Assembly: GCF_018350175.1 (NCBI RefSeq)
Contig: NC_058372.1
Coordinates: forward strand, 119,226,001-119,290,000
Source of the DNA: Felis catus
Taxonomy: Eukaryota
Direction of reading: 5' to 3'
DNA: 64,000 nt
Shown: positions 13,144-25,699 of the stretch, in pieces
Numbering within the stretch: position 1 is the stretch's first letter
How the letters are laid out: each line of letters starts with the position of its first letter
Notes under the pieces: model-generated
What the model was told of the DNA's origin: nothing
The model's database searches: none
What the model saw: the letters and a program-made list of their open reading frames with translations, nothing else
Program-made: the position numbers and the translations under genes

Positions 13144-13611
13144 CAACCTACCAGCATTCTTTCAAATATATCCACGTTGTTGTAAAAATCAATAGTTTGT
13201 TCTTTTCTAAGGCTGAGCGGTATTCCATTGTTTGCATGTAACGCTGTTTATTCATTCACTTCCTGGTCGTTTCTAAGTTAGCAATTATTAATAAAGCTTC
13301 TATAAATATCGGCAGGCAGGTGTTGATAAAAATACAAGTTTTCAATTCACTTGGGTAAATATCTGGAAGTAGGATTGTTGGGTTGTATATGTTTAATTTT
13401 GTAAGAAACTGCCAAATTGTTTTCCAAAGTTGTTTTGCCATTTCCAAATTGTTTTGTATTCCCACCAGCAATGAATGAGGATTTTTGTAGCTCTAAATCC
13501 TTGTCACCATTTGATATTGTTGCATTTTCCTTTTATTTCTTTTTAAGTTTCAAATTTAATTTTAGTTTGCATTCTATTAGGTATGTAGTGGCATCTTGCA
13601 GTTTTATTTTT

Positions 13612-13830
13612 GTTACTTTTTTTTAATGTTTAATTATTTTTTGAGAGAGAATGAGAGACAGAATGCAAGTGGGGGAGGGGCAGAGAGAGAGGGAGACACA
13701 GTATCCGAAACAGGTTCCAGGCTCTGAGCTGTCATAACAGAGTCCGATTCAGGGATTAAACCCAGGAACCACAAGATCACGACCTGAGCAGAAGTCAGAT
13801 GCTTAACTGACTGAGCCACCCAGGCACCCC
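13612..13830 (-). mobile_element. Can-SINE
   Basis: Antisense full-length body. Confidence 0.92.
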
Positions 13831-14199
13831 TTGTTTTAATTTCATTTCCATAATGATATTGAATGTTCTTTTTATAAGCATATTTGAAATCCGTATTTAT
13901 TTTTTAGTGAGGTGTCTGTTCAGATCTTTTGCCTATTATTTTTATTGTTGAGTTGTCTTCCTATCGTTGAGTTTGAAAAGTTCTTCATGTATTTTGGTGC
14001 TTTATCAAATATGTCATTTGCAAATATTTCCTCCCATTTTACAGATTGTCTTTTTGTTTTCCTTACAGTGTCGTTCACAGAGCAAAACTTTTTAATTTTG
14101 ATAAAGTTGCCTAGTTTTTCTTTTATGGATCAGGCTTTTAGTGTTGAATCTTTCATCACCAAACCCAGAATTACATAGATTTTTCTCTTATATTTTTTT

Positions 14200-14390
14200 C
14201 TCTTTTTTAAAAAAAAATTATTTATTTTTGGGAGATTGCAAGCAGGGGAGGGGCAGAGAGAGGAGTACAGAGGATCTCAAGTGGGCTTTGCACTGACAGG
14301 CTCACAGCAGCGAGCTGGACATAAGGTTGGAACTCACCAACTGAGTGATCATGACCCGCATCGGACACTTAACTGAGCCACCCAGGTGCC
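14200..14390 (-). mobile_element. Can-SINE (variant subfamily)
   Basis: Antisense body; flanks ctcttatatttt. Confidence 0.85.
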
Positions 14391-15671
14391 TCTCTTATAT
14401 TTTCTTCTTAAAGTTGTATGGTTTTACATTTTACTATAACCCATATTGAATTAACTTTTGTATAATATATGAGGGACATATCAAGGTTCTTTTTTGTTTA
14501 CTTACTTTTTTTTTTTTTGCCTATGGATATGTAATTATTCTAGCACCATTTGTACAGAAGACTATCCTTTCTCCATTGAATTGCCTTTGCACTTTTGTCA
14601 AAAATCAGTTGTCTGCATTTATATGGATCTATTTCTGTTCCATTCTGTTTCGTTGATCGATGTGTCTACTGTCTCACCAACATCATGCCGTTTTAGTCAC
14701 TGAAGCTCTGGAATACGTTTTGAAATTGGGTAACGTGGAGCTCTGGTTTATTTTTTTTTTACCCAGTGTTGTTTGGCCATTTCAGTTCCTTGGACTTTCT
14801 GCACAAATTTTAGTAGCACCTCATCAATATTTACAAAATCTTGCTGGAATTTTGGTGGGGATTGCTTTGAATTGACAGAATGCATTTAGAAGAATTGACA
14901 ATATTGAGACTTCCAACTCATGAACATAGTATTTGTATTTTATTTTATTTTTTATCAGTGTTTTATAATTTTCAGTATAAAGATCCTACACATGTTTTGC
15001 GAGTCAAACATTCATTTATTTTGGTGCTATAATGAACATATTTTTTTAAATTTCAAATTCCACCTGATCTTAACTGATATGTAGAGGTTATTCACATTTA
15101 AAGTTATTATTTGAGCTGAAATCTACCAGCTTTCCAATCATTGTCTGCTCCATTTGTTGTTCCTTCTTCTTTTTCTCTCTTCCCTCGGTTTAATTAAGAA
15201 TTTTTAAATAATTCTATTTTATCTCCTCTATTGACATTTTTCTAAAAGACGTATACATACTTCTTTTAGAATTGATTTATACCTCTTTTAAAAATTAATC
15301 TGAATTTACCTTCAAGTAATGTATTTCTGAAGACATTGTAGCAGTGCATTACCAGGTCTTTTTTCTTTTTTTCTTTTTTTTTTCCATTTCTTTTGCTGTT
15401 GTTGCCATGCATTTCACTTTTACGTAGTCTATAAAAACATAATATATTTTTCTACTTTTGATATAAAGTCATCCCTCTTTTAGAGCAATTTAACACGAGA
15501 GGAAAAAATGACTTCATTTTGGTAAATTATATTTCTGCATCTCTTTATTTCTTTGCATAGATCCCAGTTTATGGCCTATATTATATTCTTTTTACCTGAA
15601 TGATTTTTGTCTTCATCTTGGAGTGAAAAAGACAAGGAAAGCAGAAAACCTAAACAATGATTTATATTTAT

Positions 15672-16261
15672 GACACAGGTAGAGGAGGGGGAAAAAGCTT
15701 TTCCTCTACTCTCTTAAATTCAATAACTGGGGCTTGCGGATTAAGCCAATAAAAGACAGATTCACAGGGCAAAAAGGTTGATTTTGCATGCATATAGGAG
15801 CCCACAAAGGAAGTGGCTAGCTTGTCAAATGGATAGAGCTGAAGGCTTATATACCTGACTAGGCAGGGGAAAGGTAGGGAAGAGAAAAGACTTACGAGGA
15901 AAAAAAATAGGTTTAGTTAGGAAAAACAAATAGATTTTTAGGACAATAGACTGGAGATGAGAAAGCTTGTGGTGATGTTTATCTATACAGTTCTGAGCAG
16001 TTGTAAAACTCCCTTAGAGAAAGGATTTGGAGTAGGTTATATTCATGTTCTCCTGTCTGAGAGTATAACTGCTCTGAAGGGAAATTTTATAGCAGCCTAA
16101 TTTCTTAGAATGTGTTGCTTTTAGTCAGATAAGAGAAGCTTTGGAAAGGCCGCCTCCCTCCCTTTTTTTTTCATTCGTTGAATCTCAAATACCTTCAGCT
16201 GAAAATCCCCTTCATGTCAAAGTGGTATATTTTGGAGTGGCATATTCTGATCCCCTTGACA
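15672..16261 (-). mobile_element. ERV1 solo LTR, MER34/MER39-like
   Basis: The right end reads on the minus strand as GGGGATCAGAATATGCCACTCCAAAATATACCACTTTG..CAGCTGAAGG, the characteristic MER34-family LTR start (recalled). Boundaries are approximate. Confidence 0.7.
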
Positions 16262-16390
16262 CAAAAATTCATAATTTCTTCATTAGAATCATCAACAAAG
16301 TGAAAGAATGACAAATGAAGAGAAAGTATTTACAGGTTCTAATACAAATGGTTTACATCCTGTTATCATTTGTTAAGAAAGACAAATCTC

Positions 16391-17371
16391 GTGTGGTAGA
16401 GGCTACTGATAGCCCAACTAGATTCCTCTTCAAGGCCACTGTCACCAAACCACAGCTGCCATATGGGCTAAGAACAAATCACTCCGGCCTTCTCTGCAGA
16501 ATTGCCTGTGGCTCAAGGGTGTTGCAGGATTTTTGTTTACCACAATACCCGGGATTTGTTGTCTCGCCTCTTTGAAGAATGGAGAGGTGGCCACAAAATG
16601 AGCATAGGCAAAAGTTTATTAGAGTATAAGATCAGAAAGGAAAAATAGTAGGAAAGCTCTCTTTACAGAGAAGGGACATTTGAAAGTGAATGGCCGAAGA
16701 CTATACTCAAGGGTCTTTGTTTTATAAGGTTCTGGTGAGCCCTCCCCCATCCCTTCCCCCAGTTTCTTCTCAGGTTCTGCCCTTATTGGCTTGATAGCTC
16801 TGGGTGCTGGGTTGTCCATTCCTGATGGGCTCTTTTCCATTGCACGAGGGGGGGGGGGGTCTATGGCTGTACTTAGGTCTTTTGTCAAATTCCTGAAGAG
16901 AAACCTGAGGGGGCAAAGGTGGGGTCTGTTACATTCTTAAGAGGAACCTCATGCCTGAGGGGGATTGCTGTGGTCAGACACTCCCAGCATTGTTCCCAAA
17001 TAGGTGTTTTTCCCCACCCAGGGACCTCAGGCCCTAATCTTTCTGTGTCTGCTGAATCGTATTTTCTCCTAGCATAAGGGAGCTGTCCCACTCAGGAGCA
17101 ACATTCCCTGACTCAAGGACTCTGTCGGTGACTGATTGACATCAACTCCTGGGCTTGTGGTGGAACCAATTCTGTGGTTCTGTGGTGTGGTGTGGCTTGT
17201 GTTCCCGATCTTCCATTTGGGATGGACTGAAGCTCTCTGCAGAAGAGACCACATTCCCAGCTTGCCCTTTGCTCACCCAACTTTCCTAAGTCCCTCTCTC
17301 CTGTGAGTATTCTCCCTAACTTGTCTTGTTCCTCACTTCAGTTTCTGCACTGAGAGAAACAGCCTAAGACA
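16391..17371 (+). mobile_element. ERVL-type LTR (LTR16/LTR33-like) split by a younger LTR
   Basis: Starts tgtgg and ends cagcctaagaca, a typical ERVL LTR 3' end; interrupted at 16520-17103. Confidence 0.55.
16520..17103 (-). mobile_element. ERV1-type solo LTR (about 584 bp)
   Basis: Inverted termini TGTTGC...GCAACA. On the minus strand it has CCAAT (about 16785), TATAAAA (about 16720) and AATAAA (about 16615) in the correct U3-R order. The TSD is not clean. Confidence 0.75.
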
Positions 17372-17659
17372 TCGCACTAGAAAAATTAACAAAAGTTCAG
17401 AACGGACAATTCGCAGAAGTGTCTTAATCCGTTTCCTAAAAAATAGAGCCTAAGGCCAAATTTTACATACTAAAGCTTTTTTTTAATTGAAATATATTTG
17501 ACATGTAACAGTAAGTTTAAGATGTACAACGTGTTGTTTTGATACACTTATATATTGCCATATATTGCCATTGTATTGTTAGCCAACACCTAGATTATGT
17601 CACATAATTGCCATTTCATTTTGTGGTGCCAGTAATTAAGATCTTGTGTCTTAGCAATA

Positions 17660-18260
17660 TTGAAATAAATTTCTAAGCCCAACATTAAGCCATTCCTACC
17701 CGGGATGCTTGTGAGCAAACCAAAACTTAGATTAACTTTTGTGTCCTTGTATACGCTCTGCTTGACCGGAGAAGCAGCATTTCCAGTCAGCCAATCCCCA
17801 AATGCCCATCCAACTGTGGGCCTCTTCACTCCAAACAAGGTTGGCTATGTGGCCCCAGTCAATCGGATATTTTTTTTCTCTTCATTGTTCTTTACTCTTC
17901 ATCCTATAAAAGTTTTCTGCCTTCCACCCCATTTTGCAGCTCTCTGAAAGGAGATTGTCCACTACATGAAGTGTTTCTTTTTAATTTTTATTTTTTATTT
18001 GAGAGAGAGAGAGTGTGAGAAGGGAAGGGGCAGAGAGAGAGAGAGAGAGAGAGAGAGAAGGAGAGAGAGGGAGAATCTTAAGCAGGCTCCATGCTTAACA
18101 TGGAGCCCGATGCGGGGCTCAATCCTATGACCCTGGGATCATGACCTGCGCCGGGATCAAGAGTCAGACGTTCACCTGACTTGAGCCACCCAGGTGCCCC
18201 ATGAAGTATTAAATAGCTTTTGTTTCTATCACTTAAACTGTCTTCTTCAATCATGTCTTA
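17660..18260 (+). mobile_element. Solo LTR inside an L1 3' UTR, interrupted by a SINE
   Basis: Plus-strand CCAAT boxes, CTATAAAAG (about 17905) and ATTAAA after the SINE. The L1 3' UTR resumes on both sides. Confidence 0.6.
17975..18199 (-). mobile_element. Can-SINE
   Basis: TSD catgaagt; (GA)n tract. Confidence 0.93.
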
Positions 18261-19097
18261 ATAGCAAGTTTGATGTTTATAATGCAATATTGTTGTCTCT
18301 AATCACTACACTGTGCTCCAGGTTATTTATCTACTGGTTGCAAGTTTGTATCTTTATGCAACATCTCCTTTCCTCCCCCATCCCCATAGTAAAGCTTTAC
18401 AGTAATCCTAGGGCAGCAGGAGCAAGGGGAAAGGGGAAGCCAGGCAGGAGAGAGGGAGAGAAATATAAAGTGGCACATCACCAAGAAAGCATGGCTTAGG
18501 CAGTTGGGACCAGTGGCGTGGGACATCTTCCAGATCGGCCTTTCAGATACCCACAGTGATCTGGAACCAAATCTGGAGAAGCTTGAGGGAAAGGGGAGGA
18601 GGGAGGAGTATTTAAGTTTGCTTCCCTTTTGTCTTTTGATTTTCATGGACCAAAGGTCACCCCATGGGGCGTTTAAGTCCCTCTGCACTTTCGGGTTGTG
18701 TTACCTAAGTTCTAGAAAGTCAGATCCCAAACATAGAACTGTACATTGTTTCAAGGAAAAAGTGAAACAGAGGCCGTGGCCTCTGTGGCTTGGCTTGGCT
18801 TGTGGCTGTGTCCTGTTGTTGCTGTGGCTCACTCAGGGCCCACAATGAAGGCTTTGCAGAAACCCACGTTCATGGTAGGCATGTTGAGAGACCCAGCACT
18901 GTTGAACCAGTGTTGACCCGGTGGCTGGATCTTCTGGGAACAAATGGCTGGAATCCGCTGGGAGTGAGCGAATCTGGGGAGGTTTGTAAACTGAATGAGA
19001 GACACCAAAATAGCCAATAACCACACCTGGAAAGCAAACAAAATTATGCAAAGGAAAGTGAACCAAAACAAGCTGTTTTGCCGTCAACGTTTTGACG

Positions 19098-19713
19098 TGT
19101 CAAGTAAAAAACAAATCTGGACTTAGTAAGGAGAGACTTAACTTAAAAGTTATTGCAATGGGGGAGAGAGGCTGTTGTGATGGGGAGAACCCTCTGACCG
19201 TAAGATCCGCAAATGTCTCAGGAGTCAGGCCATACGACTTTTCTTTTATAGACGGGAGTAAACAGAACTAGAAAGAACTGGGTGTGAGCATTTGGAGTGG
19301 GTAGGAAAACAAGATTGGAAAATGTTTTACCCTGAGACCAGTCTATTCAGCTGGAGAGGCCGGCTGTGTGCTGGCTCAGGCTGAGGGTGGTGGACCAAAG
19401 TTCAGGCACCTGGGGAAGGAGCAAGTGTTAAGCAAAGTTTGGTTAACAAGCATTTTGTTCCAGCTGATCTGTAGAGACCAGAAGTTCAGCTAATCATTTA
19501 TGAAGCAAAGAATGGGAACCTTTTCTTTCCGGCCTTGTCATAGGTAAACGTGGGGGGTGGGGGGGGTGGGGAGACATCTGTGAGTCTTATCTGTGTCATA
19601 TAAGGAAGGGTGGTTATTTCAATAAGTCATTTCCCAGAACACCGAAGGTGTGAGGACCTTAACCATAGCTGTTTTCCAAGATCACAGAGCTCAGGTAAAA
19701 TCCACCGTTGTTA
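19098..19713 (-). mobile_element. ERV1-type solo LTR
   Basis: TG start, decayed end (ttgtta), near-TSD gacg/gacc, minus-strand TATAAAA (about 19245). Confidence 0.6.
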
Positions 19714-20228
19714 GACCTAACAGACTGACAATACGAGAAAGAATAATAATAACACAGTACTGACAGATGTAGGTGTATGGGGGGAATGGACACGCTTACA
19801 AAGTTGTAGCTCTACAGATTGACACAGACCCTGCAAACTTTTAAATGTGATGTACTAGCTCTTCAACCCATCCTTCTCACCTTTAGAAATCTATACTGAG
19901 GAAATGCTTGGGCAACTATAATGAAATGACCTATATTACAGTATTATTATATATGCAATAATATTATACACATATGCACAATATACATACTTATATAAAC
20001 AATAATATGTATAATAATATTATAAAATATTCCATTATATATATTCTTTGGTCTTTATAGTTGAAGAGAGAATGTTTTCCATAAATTCTATTTGTGGTGA
20101 GATTATTCTGGAACGCAGTCTTTGAAAGTTTAAATATCAAAGTATATTAGAAACCATAGTAATCAAAACAGTATGGCATTGTCATAAAAAGAGATACATA
20201 GATCAATGGAACAGAATACAGAGCCCAG

Positions 20229-20440
20229 GGGCGCCTGGGTGGCGCAGTCGGTTAAGCGTCCGGCTTCAGCCAGGTCATGATCTCGCGGTCCGTGAGTTCG
20301 AGCCCCGCGTCAGGCTCTGGGCTGATGGCTCGGAGCCTGGAGCCTGTTTCGGATTCTGTGTCTCCCTCTCTCTCTGCCCCTCCCCCGTTCATGCTCTGTC
20401 TCTCTCTGTCCCAAAAATAAATAAACGTTGAAAAAAAAAA
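20229..20440 (+). mobile_element. Young felid SINE (SINEC_Fc-type)
   Basis: CpG-intact; perfect TSD aatacagagcccag (20215-20228 and 20441-20454). Confidence 0.95.
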
Positions 20441-21309
20441 AATACAGAGCCCAGGGATAAACCTATGCATATCTGATCAGTTAATTTATGACAAAGGAGC
20501 CAAGAACATACAATAGGAAAAAACAATTTCTTTAATGAATTGTGTTAAGTAAACTGAACAACCGCATGCAAAATATTGAACATAAGACCTGAAACCATAG
20601 AACTTCTGGAAGAAAACATTGGGAGTAAGCTCTTAGGCATCAGTCTTGGATTTGACACCAAAGGCAACAAAAGCAAAAATAAACAAGTGGGACCACATCA
20701 AACTAAAAAGCTCCTGGACAGCAGGGGACATCATCGATAAAACAAAAAGGCAAACTATGGAATGGAAGAAGATATTTGCAAATCATGTATTTGACAAATG
20801 GTTTAATATCCAAAAATTACAAAGAACTCATATGACGATAGCAAAAAGATAATCCAACTTAAAAATTGGCAGAATACCTGAATACACAGTTTTCCAAAGA
20901 AGACGCATATATAAGTATATGAAGTGCAGATATTTTTAATCATCAGGGAAATGCAAATCAAAACCACAATGACCTATCTTCTTACTCCCGTTGGAATGGC
21001 TATTATCAAAAATCAAGATATAGCAAATGTTAGTGAGGATATAGAGAAAGACAACCTTCATGCACTGTTGGTGGGAATGTAAATTGACACAGCTACTATG
21101 GAAAATAGCATGGAGGGTCCTCAAAAAATTAAACAAAACTACCATATGATCCACTGATCTACTTCTCGGTATTTATCTGAAAGAAACAAAGTCACTGGTT
21201 TGAAAAGATATCTACATCCTCACCTTCACTGCAGCATTATTTACAATAGCGAAGACAGGGAAATGACCTAATTGTTCACTGATAGATGAATGCATAAAAA
21301 AACTGGGAT

Positions 21310-21362
21310 ACACACACACACACACACACACATATGCACGCACGCACACATACACATGCACA
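21310..21362. repeat. (CA)n microsatellite, imperfect
   Basis: Direct reading. Confidence 0.9.
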
Positions 21363-22149
21363 GTGAAATATTATTTAACCATAAAAAGGAAGGAAATTCT
21401 GCCATTTGCAACATGGATGGAACTTGAGGGCACTATGACTATGCTAAATGAAATAGATTATATAGAGAAAGAAAAACCTGTATGTATGTCACATACATAG
21501 AATTGAAAACAAACAAACAAACTTGAAGGTGCAAACAATAGGTTGGTAGTTGCCAGAGAACAGATTGGTGGTGGCCAGAGGGAGGGGAAGGGGTAGGGGG
21601 GGACAAAATGAGTAAAGGTGGTCAAAAGTTATAAACTTCTAGTTATAAAATAAATAAATCCAGGGAAGAGTGGTTACTATGATTAATAATACTGAATTGT
21701 ATATTTGAAAGTTGCTGAGAGTCCCTGTTAAAAGTTCTCATCACCATTATGTTGTATACTTAGAATTAACACCATCGTAATGTCAATTATATCTCAATTT
21801 AAAAAGCAATACGGTGTTAAAGATTGGAATAAAGATTATTGGAGATTGTAAAAAAAGTGTAAATATTAAAAATAGTGAAGGACTTCCTACAATAGTCAGC
21901 TCATCTATAGTTTAGGAGATAATCAGCTGAGTCTTGGCTTTGAATTCTCCCGGTTATGAGTTCCAATGTCTCTTCTCCTCAAAACTTGCGAAACCACTCT
22001 TTCTCCAACTTCCTTTTTCCTTCCTGAAGTCATCAATTTGATTTTCAGTGCCTCCCTTTTCACAAGCCGCTGAAATGAGGAAGACGGAGATAAAAGGCCA
22101 CTACAAAGTCCTTGTCCTCAGATAGCTTACGGAAAGAGTGGAAATCTAG

Positions 22150-22340
22150 GACAGGTTCATACAAATCCTACTTCTGCACTTTACTCTCTGTGAATCCGGG
22201 GAAGTGAGTCAAAGCCCCTACCTCCATTTTCATGCGTCAGGTAGAAATGATAACATTGCCTCATAGAATTGTGATGCTTAAACGAGTTAACAATGAAAAG
22301 ATGCTTTTGTGAGAGTGCCTAGCACAGGGTAAGTGTTAAT
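22150..22340 (+). mobile_element. MIR
   Basis: ctctgtgaatccggggaag..acctccattttcat..agaaatgataacattgcctcatagaattgtga. Confidence 0.65.
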
Positions 22341-23374
22341 TTTCACTATTGCAGGAATTGTGGGCCAGAAAAAACACTGTGCACGGCTGGTGACCTTGCT
22401 TTAGGAGGGACCTCATGAAGAGGTGTTTGCGGTGCTGGGCTGCGAAGGAGGGAGAATTACCATCCTTCCCTCTGTCTTCTTCTCCTTACCCCTTCCCTCC
22501 ATCTCTGGTCCTTCCCATTTCCTCTCATCTTACATGGTCTCAGCCTGTTTTCCATTTAAACATTTCTTGGGTTTCACTGAAGTTCCACGATCAATGACAA
22601 GGCTACATATAAATGCATTACAGCTTTCCGTTTGGTAGATTATCGTGAAATTATTAAGGAGATTCAGTGAGCAGTTAGGCTCTTACCTGTTTTAGTTGGA
22701 AGAGTAGCAGCTGTCCTTCATAAGGCACCTGCACCCTATGTGTAAATGGGACCATAAAACATTAGGGGGGTGGATCTATCTGGAGTCAGTGAACGGCATC
22801 TTGGGGTCCTTTATTTCACCTGTCACAAACACCACAACCACAGTAAACCCTAAGACACACTGTCAAGTAAAAGCGAAAAGCACCAGAAACAGCCACACAA
22901 TGACAAACCCACAGGCATATAACCCGTCCTTTAGTTATGCAAGTGACCGGGTGAAGCTCAGAGAGTTTGGCGATGTGTGCAGGGTCACAGAAACGGGAAG
23001 CTTAAGTGCCACTCATCCATCCTTCCTAACCCAATTCAGAGTCTCTACCTGGAGAACTTTCTAAGGTAAATGCCATCAAACTGGCTCTCCCCAAGGCCCT
23101 CCCCTACCCCCCTCTACATCTCTGGGAGTGCTCGTCTGAGTCTCTCTTTCCAGAGTTCTTATCTCAGAGCACTGTAATTGTTTACTTGGCCTCTCCCCAA
23201 ACTCAACTATGAACTTATTCAAGTTAGGGATTGTGGCTTTTATCTGCGTTCTTAGCACCTCGCACGGATGCCTGGCACTAGAAGGTGCTCAGCAAGTCTG
23301 AGTGGAATGAATGGACGTGATTTTTCTGACCTAAATTTAGAGTTCTGTCCTTGACCACTGTGCTGATTCCCCTG

Positions 23375-23560
23375 GAGCAGTGTTTCTCAAAAAAGGGGTC
23401 TGTAGAAGAATGACAGAATTGTGTGGGATGCTTGGTTAAAGACGCATATTTCGGGTTTTACTTCAGTGCTAGAGAGAGGTTGGAACTTTGGGGTGTAGCA
23501 CCTGGAGAGCTTAAGAACCTCACATGATTCTAATGAGGACCAAAGTTTGAAAAATTGTCT
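23375..23560. mobile_element. MER5A-like hAT-Charlie MITE
   Basis: cagtgtttctcaaa...catgattctaatg..ccaaagtttgaaaa. Confidence 0.7.
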
Positions 23561-23854
23561 GTTCCTTTGGAGGGCTGGCTTGGAAGAGAGAGTGGAGAGA
23601 GCCACCTACCTGACAAGCTTTCAAAGTGTTTGGTGTAGGGCTTATTGTGCAGAGATGGGGGGAAGGGGCTAATTTTGTTGGCAAAGGGGCTCATTTTTAA
23701 AGAGACACTTCCTTCTGGGCATTTACCGATTTAGCTTTTGTTTGGGCTGCCCAGTACTGTTCAGAGTGACCGCTAAGGGGCAGCAGAGTATGGGGGAAAA
23801 AAATGAGAGCGTCGTAAAAGAGAATGGAGACCTTACTTTTGAGATAGTTCCGTA

Positions 23855-24270
23855 AGAAGGACATGGCGTTCAGCCATCAGAAAGAATGAAATCTTGCCAT
23901 TTGCAACAACATGGATGGAGCTAGGGTGTATGATGCTAAGCAAAATAAATCAGTCAGAGAAAGACAAATACCGTATGATTTCACTCATATGTTGAATTTA
24001 AGAAACAAAACAGATGAACACATGGGAAGAAAAAAAAGAAAGAGAGGGGAACAAACCACAAGAGACTCTTAATGATAGAGATTGGATTGAGAGTTGATAG
24101 AAGAGGTAGGTGGGGGGTGGGCTAAATAGGTGATAGGTGCTAAGAAGGGCACTTGCTATGATGAGCCTGGATATTATATGTAAGTGATGAGTTGCTAAAT
24201 TCTAGTCCTGATACCAATATTACACTATATGTTAAATAACTAGAATTTAAATAAAAATTTGAAAAAAAAA
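23855..24270 (+). mobile_element. Carnivore L1 3' end with polyA
   Basis: gaatgaaatcttgccatttgcaacaacatggatggagctag ... taaataaaaatttgaaaaaaaaaa. Confidence 0.92.
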
Positions 24271-25179
24271 ACATGCCAAGAGGTAATGAGTTAATATGCC
24301 CATTCCCCTTCACATTTTTACCTATTATTTTGGGGATCCAATTTTCAAGCATAATAATTTATATTACTATTAAGTATATGATTTCTAGATTATAAATTAA
24401 ATCCTCTCAAAACCAAGAATATAGTGTTTAGAAACACAGTTTTTTCTTAAAATCAAAGAAACTGTCTCAACTGAAGATATGTTTGACACCAATAAGTCAA
24501 GAAACGGAAATTTTTTTAATGGCTGAAAAAAACCCCTGTAATATCATTTGAACTATGTGACGGAAAATATTGCATCAATAAGATTTTGGTCCAGAGAGAA
24601 TCTAATAATGGAAATTTCATCATTATACCTAGTTTGTTCCATGCTCTACAAAATAAATCTAGCATCTTGGAAAATTTTATTCAGGCCATAATGTGGAATC
24701 GTAAAGTCATTCACTGACTTGTAATTTTATGGTGTTATAGTGACTCTCAGTAGATGTCTGACACATAGTATATTCATAAAAAGTTATTATTCCCTTAGCA
24801 CCGTCAGTTTCCTCAGTGATTGATGATGACATACGATGGTCCCCAATAACACTTGCTAGCCTTTTGCTTCTACACAAATCTGTCCATTTGTCCAGTGGAC
24901 AAGTCCCAGGTTGTTTGTCCATAGGTATCTCAGCTTAAGCAAACCCTGCTTGAAAATCCCCTCCCCTCCCCGATTCCTACCCCAACTTTCTCCTCTGTGG
25001 GTAATCTAAGCCCCAAAGCAAGCAATCACCCTGGAATTCTCATTTTTTCTCATTCTCATTTCTCATTTTAAGTGGTTTTATGGAGAAATTCAACTAATTA
25101 GAAAGGTTTAGGGTAGGCAGGAGATCTCTAGGAAGAGTCTTGAGCTCCAAAAACTACCAGGCATAAAAGGAGATTGGGG

Positions 25180-25270
25180 GGGGGGGCGCCTGGGTGGCTC
25201 AGCTGGTTATGCATCTGACTCTTGATTTCAGCTGAGGTCATGATCTCATGGTCATGAGATCAAGCCCCCA
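25180..25270 (+). mobile_element. 3'-truncated Can-SINE with a poly-G head
   Basis: Only the tRNA-like head is present; there is no (CT)n or polyA. Confidence 0.85.
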
Positions 25271-25699
25271 AATCTCTAGGAAGACTGGAGAACGAGACTC
25301 AGAGAGGAACCAGAGGAAGATTCCTCTGCAGGAATTTTCTTTCTCACCTGGCCTCTGCAACCCTATTAATGGAACAACATTATCGCCTGCTCTTTGGACT
25401 CTACTGCAGCTTCTGTGAAGAACCTCTTATCTGAGTTCTGAATGGATATGTGCATTCACCCTTTGGGCGTTGGTGTAGGGAGAGGGTCATAACACAGGTG
25501 TTGATTTCCCCTAGCTTGGTATCGTCACAATAGGAAGAATATTTGAATACTGGGCATTCAAATTAATACATGTCGCCTACAGTCAACATTCTCTTTTCCC
25601 CATCCTTACATTTTCAAGTGCTTCTTTTTCTCTTCACAGAGTATTCCTTATAAAACCCCACACACATTCACCTCTTACCCAACTGGCAACTCGGTCCTC

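Larger units (their letters stand above)
9990..15600 (-). mobile_element. Old L1 fragments (L1MC/L1MB-type), interrupted by SINEs, microsatellites and the 7SK copy
   Basis: Antisense L1 3' UTR and ORF2-end motifs (ttccaaagttgttttgccattt..cccaccagcaatgaatgagg; caccatttg..ctatcctttctccattgaattgcc). Confidence 0.8.
20110..21860 (+). mobile_element. L1 ORF2 3' end and 3' UTR (decayed)
   Basis: Encodes L1 ORF2 remnants such as KAKINKWDHIKLKS and QTMEWKKIFANH; canonical 3' UTR ending in tcaatttaaaaa. Confidence 0.92.

Noticed and set aside
20646-21154. Short ORFs with L1 ORF2-like peptides (also 47675-48010 and 55764-56000)
   Set aside because: Fragmented remnants of 5'-truncated L1s, not functional genes.
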